This document shows positions 1 to 7,751 of a DNA stretch of 10,033 bases, one piece after another. Made by a program: the position numbers and the translations under genes. The notes below the pieces were generated by a model. It had not been told where the DNA came from, ran no database searches, and worked only from the letters and a program-made list of their open reading frames with translations. Source of the DNA: an uncultured bacterium (GTDB lineage Bacteria > Schekmanbacteria > GWA2-38-11 > J061); assembly GCA_964549305.1 (NCBI GenBank), contig CAZJVM010000083.1:1-10033 (forward strand), in the 5' to 3' direction. Positions within the stretch are counted from its first letter, which is position 1. Each line of letters opens with the position of its first letter.

Positions 1-116
1 TTCTCCTCCTGCTTCCGGTTTGCCTTTGAATTCTGCATTATTAAAATTATAAGCAATGCGGTTATGACGATGCCAAAAAGTATATTAACGCCTGCACTTC
101 CTCTGTTTTTTTTCAT
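1..116 (-). CDS. 5' part of a membrane-anchored or prepilin-like protein, truncated by the window edge (MKKNRGSAGVNILFGIVITALLIILIMQNSKANRKQEE...)
   Basis: Manual translation: ATG at 116-114, open to the window edge, weak SD-like AGGT about 10 nt upstream. Basic N-terminus KKNRG followed by a hydrophobic stretch of about 18 aa, resembling a class III (prepilin) signal or an N-terminal TM anchor. Absent from the ORF track. Confidence 0.6.
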   Translation of the reverse strand, partial: MKKNRGSAGVNILFGIVITALLIILIMQNSKANRKQEE

Positions 117-150
117 ATTACTTTAACCTATGCCCTGTTTTAAAAATTGT

Positions 151-285
151 TTACTGTTTTTTTCTTCCTAAAATTCCTGCACTCAAAAGTCCTAAGCAGA
201 AGAGAAGGTAAGTGGAAGGTTCGGGGACGGGGGATGTGAGCGTGACCGTTTCGTCTATTATCTGGCTTACACTTTTCTTTAAATA
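151..285 (-). pseudogene. Orphan PEP-CTERM sorting-signal fragment with no in-frame start codon
   Basis: Minus-strand translation YLKKSVSQIIDETVTLTSPVPEPSTYLLFCLGLLSAGILGRKKQ*: VPEP motif, TM helix, basic tail and TAA (153-151). There is an in-frame TAA at 288-286 and no ATG/GTG/TTG upstream of VPEP in this frame. Confidence 0.7.
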
Positions 286-369
286 TTATAAGTTACTGAT
301 AAATAAACTAATATCAGATTTAATGTCATTGTTTGAACAGTCATTATTTAGAAATTAAAGATTAAAATA

Positions 370-385
370 TGCATAAATCGTGCCA
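370..385 (-). promoter_or_regulatory. Sigma-54 (RpoN) -24/-12 promoter
   Basis: Minus strand TGGCACGATTTATGCA = GG-N10-GC with a canonical TGGCACG. Predicted +1 near 359. Mirrors 7956-7971. Confidence 0.8.
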
Positions 386-402
386 ATTTTCTAAAGTGAA
401 GG

Positions 403-415
403 TAACTTATTGATT
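403..415 (-). promoter_or_regulatory. IHF binding site
   Basis: Minus strand AATCAATAAGTTA is a perfect WATCAANNNNTTR match. Offset 18 nt from the T of the -24 TGG, the same as on the right side. Confidence 0.65.
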
Positions 416-469
416 TAATTGAATATATCTGATTGCAACAGGCGGGATATTTAGGCAGTTACAATGACA

Positions 470-489
470 AAGTGTTCAAAAATCCGATA
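470..489 (-). promoter_or_regulatory. Enhancer (bEBP/UAS) box, left proximal copy
   Basis: Minus strand TATCGGATTTTTGAACACTT. Forms a 25-bp direct repeat (24/25 identical) with 545-569 and matches the boxes at 7755 and 7853. Confidence 0.7.
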
Positions 490-544
490 GTTTTTTTTGC
501 GTATGTTAAATAAATAAATAAAACAATAAGTTAGTGCCTTTAAT

Positions 545-564
545 AAGTGTTCAAAAATCCGACA
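545..564 (-). promoter_or_regulatory. Enhancer (bEBP/UAS) box, left distal copy
   Basis: Minus strand TGTCGGATTTTTGAACACTT (TGT-N11-ACA), 75 bp from the proximal copy. Confidence 0.7.
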
Positions 565-719
565 GTTTTGAATATTACTTTTTTGAGGCAAAAGCTAAAT
601 ATTTATAAAAAATATTTTACAGAAAATTAAGAATTCCCTGAAGCGGTTATTGTATCGAGTAAGATGTTTTTGTGATATCAGAGAGATCAACTTGTGAAAC
701 CTCTGTGATAAAGACTGTC

Positions 720-748
720 TTGACACTGAAAAACCTATCTGTTAGTTT
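720..748 (+). promoter_or_regulatory. Sigma-70 promoter for the valS operon
   Basis: TTGACA (720-725), a 17-nt spacer, and TAGTTT (743-748) with an extended -10 TG at 740-741, about 55 nt upstream of the valS ATG. Confidence 0.6.
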
Positions 749-804
749 CCACGCGTTTTATCAAAAGATTAACCTGATTATTACTGAGAAAAAGGAAGTC
801 TCCG

Positions 805-3474
805 ATGGAAGAGAAAAAACTGATAGATAAAGGATATGAGCCGGGAAATATCGAAAAGAAATGGTATGATTTCTGGCTTGAAAAGAAATATTTCCATGCA
901 GAGGATTCCTCGCAGAAAAAACCTTACGCGATTGTAATTCCTCCACCTAATGTGACGGGCTCGCTTCATATGGGACATGCCCTGAACAACACGCTTCAGG
1001 ATGTGCTTATCCGCTACAAACGCATGGACGGTTACAACACGCTTTGGATGCCCGGTACCGACCACGCGGGAATCGCCACACAGCACGTCGTTGAAAAAAA
1101 TCTCAAAACCGAGGGCGCTGACAGGCACGATTTGGGAAGAGAAAAATTTATCGAACGCGTGTGGAAGTGGAAGGAGGAATACGGAGGTTTTATAATCAAT
1201 CAGCTCAAGCGTCTCGGTTCCTCCTGCGACTGGGAAAGAGAGCGATTTACGATGGATGAGGGATTGTCAAAGGCGGTAAGAGAGGTTTTTGTCCGCCTTT
1301 ATGATGATGAGCTTATTTACAGGGGAAACTACATTATCAACTGGTGTCCCGTATGCAGGACAGCGCTTTCCGACCTCGAGGTGGAGTATTCCGAGAAAAA
1401 GGGCGGACTGTATCATATTAAATATCCTTACGCCGACGACCCTTCACAAGGTGTAGTCGTTGCAACAACGCGTCCCGAGACTATGCTTGGCGATACTGCC
1501 GTTGCCGTAAATCCAAATGACGAAAGATACGCGGCATTGAAGGACAAGACGGTTATCCTTCCGCTTATGGAAAGGAAAATACCCGTCATAATGGACGATT
1601 ATGTAGATACGGAATTCGGCACCGGTTGTCTCAAGATAACCCCCGCGCACGATCCCAACGACTTTGAAATAGGGCGTCGCTTCAACCTCGAGATGATAAA
1701 CATAATGAATGTTGACGGCACTCTCAATGAAAAGGCGGGAAAATACGCGGGACTCGAGCGTTTTGAAGCGAGGAAGAAAGTTCTCGAAGACCTCGAAGCG
1801 CAGGGACTCCTTGTAAAGATAGAAGACTATATCCATTCCGTGGGGCACTGCTACAGATGCAGGTCCGTTGTTGAACCTTATCTTTCCAGGCAATGGTTCG
1901 TGAAAACAAAACCCCTCGCCGAAGAGGCATTGAAAGCAGTAAAAGACGGGCGAATCAGAATTATTCCCTCAATGTGGGAAAATTCATATTTCAGCTGGAT
2001 GGAGAATATACGCGACTGGTGCATTTCAAGACAGATATGGTGGGGGCACAGGATTCCAATCTGGTACTGCGGGGACTGCGATGAAATAATTGCCGCAACA
2101 AAAGATCCTGAAAAATGTCCCAAGTGCGGCTCGGAAAATCTTGAGCAGGAAACGGATGTCCTCGATACGTGGTTCAGCTCTGCTCTCTGGCCCTTTTCAA
2201 CTTTGGGATGGCCGGAAAAAACAGATGCCCTTGAGACATTTTATCCTACCTCCTGTCTCATCACAGGATTCGACATCCTGTTTTTCTGGGTTGCCCGAAT
2301 GATTATGATGGGGCTTAAATTCAGGGGAGATGTGCCTTTCAGGGAAGTTTACATCCACGCTCTTGTGCGCGATTCCCAGGGGCAGAAGATGTCAAAATCA
2401 AAGGGCAATGTAATCGACCCTCTCCTGATGATTGACAAATTCGGCACCGACGCTTTCCGCTTCACTCTTGTGGCGCTCGCGGCACAGGGAAGAGATGTGA
2501 AAATTTCCGAAGAGAGAATCGAGGGATATCGCCACTTTGTAAACAAGCTCTGGAATGCGGCAAGGTTTGTGATGATGAATGTAAATTCAGGCGCCGTTGA
2601 ATTCGATTTTGAAAAGGCGGGAAAAGAGTTTGTTCCCGGGGATATAGAGAACTGGATTTATGGGGAGTTTAAAAAGCTTGTTGCCGATGCGCGCACTGCT
2701 CTCGACACATATAAGTTTAACGACGCGGCAGGCGCTGTATATCAGTTTCTCTGGCACGAATACTGCGATTGGTATATTGAACTTGCAAAGACCGACCTTA
2801 TGGATGAGAGCGTAGATGAGAAAAGGAAAAATGATATAAAGTTTGCCCTCGTTGACATTCTTGAAAAAACACTACGCCTTCTCCACCCCTTTATGCCTTT
2901 CGTTACAGAGGAGATATGGCAGTTTCTTCCAGGTACCGGAGAGAGTATAACCGTTTCCGCTTTCCCGAAAGAAAGCGACATAGACTGCAGTGAAGAAAAT
3001 GTAGCGCAAATAGAAGAGCTGAAAATGCTTATAAATTCCGTGAGAAATGTAAGGGGCGAGATGAATATTTCACCTGCGGCAAAGATAGACCTTCTCATTA
3101 ATTTCTTTGAAGAAAAGCAGGCAGATAGGATAAAATCATATGAAAGATATTTAAGCGCCCTTTGCAGAACGAAAAGCATAGAATACGGGACTGGAATAGA
3201 AAAACCGCCTCAGTCGGCAGTGGGCGTGAGCCATTTTTTTGAAGTGTATATTCCCCTTGCGGGACTGATTGACATAGATGAAGAGAAGAAGCGCCTGCTG
3301 AAACAGAAGACAAAGGTTGAAAAGGAAAGAGAGTTTTCGGCAAAAAAACTTGCAAACGGGAAATTTCTTGCAAATGCCCCTGCTGAAGTAGTTGAGAAGG
3401 AGAAGGGGAAACTTGAAAAAGCGGAATCTGAAATAAAAAGCATCGAAACCCATCTTGAAATGTTTGGAGCGTGA
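805..3474 (+). CDS. valS: Valine--tRNA ligase
   Basis: 889 aa. PPPNVTGSLHMGH (HIGH motif), PGTDHAGIATQ, ATTRPETMLGDTA editing motif, DWCISRQIWWGHRIP, DVLDTWFSS, KMSKS and a C-terminal coiled coil (KFLANAPAEVVEKEK). SD-like AAGGA upstream. Confidence 0.99.
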   Translation: MEEKKLIDKGYEPGNIEKKWYDFWLEKKYFHAEDSSQKKPYAIVIPPPNVTGSLHMGHALNNTLQDVLIRYKRMDGYNTLWMPGTDHAGIATQHVVEKNLKTEGADRHDLGREKFIERVWKWKEEYGGFIINQLKRLGSSCDWERERFTMDEGLSKAVREVFVRLYDDELIYRGNYIINWCPVCRTALSDLEVEYSEKKGGLYHIKYPYADDPSQGVVVATTRPETMLGDTAVAVNPNDERYAALKDKTVILPLMERKIPVIMDDYVDTEFGTGCLKITPAHDPNDFEIGRRFNLEMINIMNVDGTLNEKAGKYAGLERFEARKKVLEDLEAQGLLVKIEDYIHSVGHCYRCRSVVEPYLSRQWFVKTKPLAEEALKAVKDGRIRIIPSMWENSYFSWMENIRDWCISRQIWWGHRIPIWYCGDCDEIIAATKDPEKCPKCGSENLEQETDVLDTWFSSALWPFSTLGWPEKTDALETFYPTSCLITGFDILFFWVARMIMMGLKFRGDVPFREVYIHALVRDSQGQKMSKSKGNVIDPLLMIDKFGTDAFRFTLVALAAQGRDVKISEERIEGYRHFVNKLWNAARFVMMNVNSGAVEFDFEKAGKEFVPGDIENWIYGEFKKLVADARTALDTYKFNDAAGAVYQFLWHEYCDWYIELAKTDLMDESVDEKRKNDIKFALVDILEKTLRLLHPFMPFVTEEIWQFLPGTGESITVSAFPKESDIDCSEENVAQIEELKMLINSVRNVRGEMNISPAAKIDLLINFFEEKQADRIKSYERYLSALCRTKSIEYGTGIEKPPQSAVGVSHFFEVYIPLAGLIDIDEEKKRLLKQKTKVEKEREFSAKKLANGKFLANAPAEVVEKEKGKLEKAESEIKSIETHLEMFGA

Positions 3475-3477
3475 TTG

Positions 3478-4326
3478 ATGAATATAGACTGGAAAAAAGT
3501 CGAGCCGCTGATTAACTGGTCAATCGAAGAGGATGTTGGCACCGGCGACATAACCACTAACGGTGTGTTGTACGAAAAAATGCCATCAGTGGGAGAAATG
3601 ATTGCAAAGGATGATATGGTTGTTGCAGGTCTTGATATAGTGTCGCACATTCTTTCAAAAGCCACAGATGATTTTGAGTTCAAAGCGAATTTTAGTGACG
3701 GCGACATAGTGCCAACCAATGCGGTAATCGCAACTATCGAGGCGGAAGCGCATATTCTTCTCTCTCACGAGCGCGTCATTCTCAATTATCTTCAGCGCCT
3801 TTCGGGTATTGCAACTTATGCGGCGAAATTCGCTTCGCAGGTTGAGGGGACAAAGGCAAAAATTGTGGACACGAGAAAAACCACGCCCGGATGGCGTGTG
3901 CTCGAAAAATATGCCGTAAAAATCGGAGGAGGAAAGAATCACAGATTCGGGCTTTTCGACGCGGTCCTAATAAAGGATAATCATATCAAAATGGTTGGAA
4001 GCATTACGGAGGCAGTGAAAAGGATGCGGGAATTCGTTCCTCACTATCTCAAGCTTGAAGTCGAGGCAAGCACTCCCGATGAGGTCAATGAAGCCCTTGA
4101 CGCGGGCGTGGAGATAATAATGCTCGATAATATGGATGAAAAACTTCTTGAAAAAATGGTAAAATTAATCAACGGAAGAGCGACAATTGAAGTGTCAGGC
4201 GGAGTCAATATGGACAATGTTAAAAAGATAGCCGGTCTCGGAGTTGATTTGATTTCAATAGGCGCCATAACTCACTCTGCCGCGGCGGAAGATATAAGCA
4301 TGACAATAAAGCCCCTTAAATCCTGA
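3478..4326 (+). CDS. nadC: Carboxylating nicotinate-nucleotide diphosphorylase (quinolinate phosphoribosyltransferase)
   Basis: EEDVGTGDITT, ERVILNYLQRLSGIAT, DTRKTTPG, NHRFGLFD, LIKDNH, IMLDN and EVSGG motifs. ATG at 3478 with GGAG at 3466-3469; TTG at 3475 is the alternative start. Confidence 0.97.
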   Translation: MNIDWKKVEPLINWSIEEDVGTGDITTNGVLYEKMPSVGEMIAKDDMVVAGLDIVSHILSKATDDFEFKANFSDGDIVPTNAVIATIEAEAHILLSHERVILNYLQRLSGIATYAAKFASQVEGTKAKIVDTRKTTPGWRVLEKYAVKIGGGKNHRFGLFDAVLIKDNHIKMVGSITEAVKRMREFVPHYLKLEVEASTPDEVNEALDAGVEIIMLDNMDEKLLEKMVKLINGRATIEVSGGVNMDNVKKIAGLGVDLISIGAITHSAAAEDISMTIKPLKS

Positions 4327-4346
4327 GCTTTCTGGAGGTTTTTTAT

Positions 4347-5168
4347 ATGGCTTTCAGCGTATCCGGAAACACCCTTAAAAAGAACGGAAATTTTTTTCTT
4401 ATTGCTGGTCCCTGCGTCATAGAAAACGAAAAGCTCTGCCTTGATATTGCAAAAAAAGTAAGGGATATCTGCAGAAAGGAAGGAATCTTCTATATCTTTA
4501 AATCCTCCTTCGACAAGGCAAACCGCTCCTCCATTAGTTCATACAGGGGACCCGGTTTTGAAAGAGGAATCGAAATCCTTGCCAATGTAAAGGAAAAAGC
4601 AAAGGTTCCGGTGCTTTCCGATATCCACTTGCCCGCTCAGGCAGGTGACGCGGCAAAGGTACTCGATATTATTCAGCTTCCCGCGTTTTTATGCCGTCAA
4701 ACGGACCTTCTCATCGAGGCGGCGAAAACCGGCAAACCGGTCAATGTGAAGAAGGGACAGTTTCTCGGTCCTTCGGATGTTTCCAATATCGTCGAAAAGA
4801 TTCAAAGCACGGGGAACAAAAAAATTCTTCTTACAGAAAGAGGCACTTCATTCGGATACAACAATCTCGTTGTAGATTTTCGCGGACTCGAGATAATGAA
4901 AAAAATGCCTGCTCTCGTTGGTTTTGACGCGACACACAGCGTTCAGCTTCCCGGCGGACAGGGCACATCATCGGGGGGAGAAAGCCAATACATCCTTCCC
5001 CTTGTAAGCGCGGCGTCTGCAGTTGGTGTTGATTTTATATATGCCGAAGTTCATCCCCATCCCGAAAAAGCTCTTTGCGACGCTCCTAACACACTTTCAT
5101 TGGTGAAGTTGAAGAAACTTATCAGAAGAGCCAAGGCAATTGAAAAGGCGGTAAAGAGAACGAGATGA
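4347..5168 (+). CDS. kdsA: 3-deoxy-8-phosphooctulonate (KDO8P) synthase, probably the metal-dependent type
   Basis: IAGPCVIE, KSSFDKANRSS, PAFLCRQTDLL, KKGQFL, ERGTSFGY, DATHSVQLPGG. Candidate Cys/His/Glu/Asp metal ligands are present. SD GGAGG upstream. Confidence 0.97.
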   Translation: MAFSVSGNTLKKNGNFFLIAGPCVIENEKLCLDIAKKVRDICRKEGIFYIFKSSFDKANRSSISSYRGPGFERGIEILANVKEKAKVPVLSDIHLPAQAGDAAKVLDIIQLPAFLCRQTDLLIEAAKTGKPVNVKKGQFLGPSDVSNIVEKIQSTGNKKILLTERGTSFGYNNLVVDFRGLEIMKKMPALVGFDATHSVQLPGGQGTSSGGESQYILPLVSAASAVGVDFIYAEVHPHPEKALCDAPNTLSLVKLKKLIRRAKAIEKAVKRTR

Positions 5169-5545
5169 GTGTCTGCGGAATCGGGATAGACCACGTTGAC
5201 ATCGATAAATTCAGCCGTGTTTTGGAGAAGAGGAAAGAAAGATTTACCGCGAAGGTTTTTACCTCCAGAGAAATCGAACTTGCCAAAAAGAAAAATTTCC
5301 TTATCACCCTTGCGGGAAGATATGTGTCTAAGGAAGCGGTTTTCAAAGCCCTGTCACCCGGTAAGGATTCCGGCATCTCGTGGCAGGATATCGAAATACT
5401 CAATGAGGATTCAGGACAACCTTATGTGGTGCTTCACGGCAGGGCGAACGAAATTTTCAATGAAAAAAAAATAGACAGAATCTTTATCTCGATTTCCCAT
5501 ACCGATTCTGTCGCGTTTGCGCAGGTTGTTTTTGAAAAGGATTAA
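5165..5545 (+). CDS. acpS: Holo-[acyl-carrier-protein] synthase
   Basis: 126 aa. GIGID, LAGRYVSKEAVFKAL, WQDIEI, G-x-P and ISISHT motifs. ATGA overlap with kdsA. Confidence 0.95.
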   Translation: MSVCGIGIDHVDIDKFSRVLEKRKERFTAKVFTSREIELAKKKNFLITLAGRYVSKEAVFKALSPGKDSGISWQDIEILNEDSGQPYVVLHGRANEIFNEKKIDRIFISISHTDSVAFAQVVFEKD

Positions 5546-5588
5546 AATCTAAGTCTTGAAAAATATCTTTTTTCGGAAATAAACATTT

Positions 5589-6677
5589 ATGACCTCTTCA
5601 AAATCAGATATGCAAGTTTCGGCGCCAGGGAGGATATGCCTTTTCGGCGAACATCAGGATTATCTCGGATTTCGGGTTATTTCCGCGGCAATAGACAGAA
5701 GAATTATTGTTACGGGCGCGCCCTGCGACAATATGCGCCTTGAAATAAACCTTCCCGATATTGGCAAAAAATATGAGGAGATAGATTTACGCGGAGAAAA
5801 CAAACTCAGGGGCAGGCGCGATTACCTGAGAAGTTCGTTTAACATTCTGAAAAGAGATGGCATAGGGTTTTCCCGCGGTTACAAGTGTACGGTTAAAAGT
5901 GCCATACCCATAAGAAAAGGAGTTTCAAGCTCGTCGGCGCTTGTAGTGGTGTGGATACGATTTCTTCTCTCGATTTGCGATGATGAAAAAAATTATTCTC
6001 CCTTTGACATTGCAAAGTTGGCATTCCGCGCCGAAGTGGAGGAATTCAACGAACCGGGCGGAATGCAGGACCATTTGTGCGCCTCCGCGGGCGGTATGCT
6101 CTTTATGGATTTTTCCGATGGTGTGCAATATAGAAAGATAGAAAACGAACTTTCCGGATTTGTTCTCGGAGACAGTCTCGTTAAAAAGGATACTATCGGA
6201 GTGCTTTCAAGAATAAAGGGAGCGTTTTTCAGGGGAGTTGAAGTCCTGAATAAGAAAATTCCCGAATTGGACCTGCTTTCCTTTCCGGCGGATTCCTTTG
6301 ATGAGCTTAAAAATGAAATGGGCGAGGAGTGTTTCAGGATTACAAAGGGCGCATTGAGTATAAGGGATTTGACTGCTCAGGCGATTGAAGAGATTGAGAA
6401 ATCTCAAAGGGATGAAGATAAGATAGGCGCGCTTTTCAACAGGCATCACGAACTTCTGCGCGACAACCTTTCGGTTTCAACTTCCGCGATAGACAATTTA
6501 ATCGAAGTGTCTATGAAGGCGGGAGCAAGGGGGGGGAAAGTCAACGGCTCGGGAGGAGGAGGTTGTTTCATAGTGTATTGCCCGGGAAAAGAAAAAGAGG
6601 TGATAAGCGCAATAAAAGAAAACGGCGGAGACGCTTCACAGGTTAAAATAGACGAAGGAGTAAGATTAATATGCTGA
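5589..6677 (+). CDS. GHMP-family kinase, galactokinase-like, substrate uncertain
   Basis: SAPGRICLFGEHQDY (motif I), PIRKGVSSSSA (ATP-binding motif II), GGMQD and KVNGSGGGGC (motif III). The start could be the ATG at 5610. Confidence 0.88.
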   Translation: MTSSKSDMQVSAPGRICLFGEHQDYLGFRVISAAIDRRIIVTGAPCDNMRLEINLPDIGKKYEEIDLRGENKLRGRRDYLRSSFNILKRDGIGFSRGYKCTVKSAIPIRKGVSSSSALVVVWIRFLLSICDDEKNYSPFDIAKLAFRAEVEEFNEPGGMQDHLCASAGGMLFMDFSDGVQYRKIENELSGFVLGDSLVKKDTIGVLSRIKGAFFRGVEVLNKKIPELDLLSFPADSFDELKNEMGEECFRITKGALSIRDLTAQAIEEIEKSQRDEDKIGALFNRHHELLRDNLSVSTSAIDNLIEVSMKAGARGGKVNGSGGGGCFIVYCPGKEKEVISAIKENGGDASQVKIDEGVRLIC

Positions 6678-7714
6678 TTATGGCAATTGAAAGTTCCTGT
6701 GATGAGACTGCCTCCGCGGTTGTAAGAGACGGGGAAAAGATACTCTCAAGCGTTGTCGCATCTCAAACCGAACTTCATTCAAGATACGGAGGTGTTGTTC
6801 CGGAGCTTGCATCGCGCGCTCATATTGAATCGGTTTTTCCCGTGACGGAAAAAGCGCTCCGTGACGCCGGTAAGACCATTGACGATATAGATGCCGTTGC
6901 TGTTACTTACGGGCCGGGTCTTGTGGGCTCGCTTCTCGTGGGTCTTTCCTTCGCGAAAGCGCTTGCATATTCAAGAGGAATTCCTCTCATTCCCGTAAAT
7001 CATCTTGAAGGTCATCTTCTTTCAGGTATCATCGGGCACGGGTACGGCAGTACGGATTTTCCCTATATAACATTGGTTGTCTCCGGTGGACATACGAATA
7101 TTTATCTTGTCAGGGCAATAGGAGATTACAAGCTTTTGGGATACACCGTTGACGATGCGGCGGGAGAGGCATTTGACAAGGTTGCAAAGATGCTCGGACT
7201 CGGCTATCCCGGAGGTCCTGTTATCGACGAAATTGCCCGTGAAGGGGAAAAAGGTGTCATAAAATTTCCCAGGCCTTCAGTGCGCGGTAAAAAATATTGT
7301 TTCAGTTTCAGCGGTCTTAAAACAGCGGTTTTGACCCATATTAAAAATGAAGGTTATTATGACAATGAGAAACAGTTTCCTCTGTGCGAAAAAATGAAAA
7401 GGCAATTCAAAGCGGATGTAGCCCTGAGTTTTCAGGAAGCGGCAGTGGATGTTCTTGTGAAGAAAACCCTTTCCGCGGCAAAAAAATATAGCTGTAAAAT
7501 GATTTCCATAGCCGGAGGTGTCGCCTGCAACAGCGCGCTGAGAAGCGCTTTTATTCAGGCAGGGGAGAAGGAAGGAATGGAAACTTCTATCCCGGATATC
7601 TCCTACTGTATGGACAATGCGGCAATGATTGGAATTGCCGGATATTACAGATACAGAAATAATCCGGTCAATGCGCCTTTATCCCTCAATGCGGACCCCC
7701 GTGCCCGTCTATAA
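6671..7714 (+). CDS. tsaD: tRNA N6-adenosine threonylcarbamoyltransferase
   Basis: IESSCDET, GGVVPELASRAH, GPGLVGSL, HLEGH, LVVSGGHT, DDAAGEAFDKVAK and DNAAMI. Overlaps the upstream kinase by 7 nt. Confidence 0.98.
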   Translation: MLIMAIESSCDETASAVVRDGEKILSSVVASQTELHSRYGGVVPELASRAHIESVFPVTEKALRDAGKTIDDIDAVAVTYGPGLVGSLLVGLSFAKALAYSRGIPLIPVNHLEGHLLSGIIGHGYGSTDFPYITLVVSGGHTNIYLVRAIGDYKLLGYTVDDAAGEAFDKVAKMLGLGYPGGPVIDEIAREGEKGVIKFPRPSVRGKKYCFSFSGLKTAVLTHIKNEGYYDNEKQFPLCEKMKRQFKADVALSFQEAAVDVLVKKTLSAAKKYSCKMISIAGGVACNSALRSAFIQAGEKEGMETSIPDISYCMDNAAMIGIAGYYRYRNNPVNAPLSLNADPRARL

Positions 7715-7751
7715 AAATCTATTATTCAATGACTTAGTCAATAATATCCTT

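Noticed and set aside
470-569. 25-bp direct repeat pair as a mini CRISPR array or att/target-site duplication
   Set aside because: Only two copies with a 50-nt AT-rich spacer and no cas or integrase genes. The same motif recurs at a matching distance from a second sigma-54 promoter, so an enhancer explains it better.
749-804. T-box or attenuator leader for valS
   Set aside because: The leader from the predicted promoter is only about 50 nt, with no T-box consensus or terminator hairpin.
761-6449. Antisense and alternative-frame ORFs inside valS, nadC, kdsA, acpS and the kinase (e.g. 781-1128, 1444-1893, 2742-3179, 3210-3719)
   Set aside because: They overlap well-conserved genes almost entirely and show no recognisable motifs, so they are treated as shadow ORFs.
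7721-7745. Weak palindrome TGACTTAGTCA after tsaD as a terminator
   Set aside because: Short AT-rich stem with no U tract. No convincing terminator was found between tsaD and the enhancer region.
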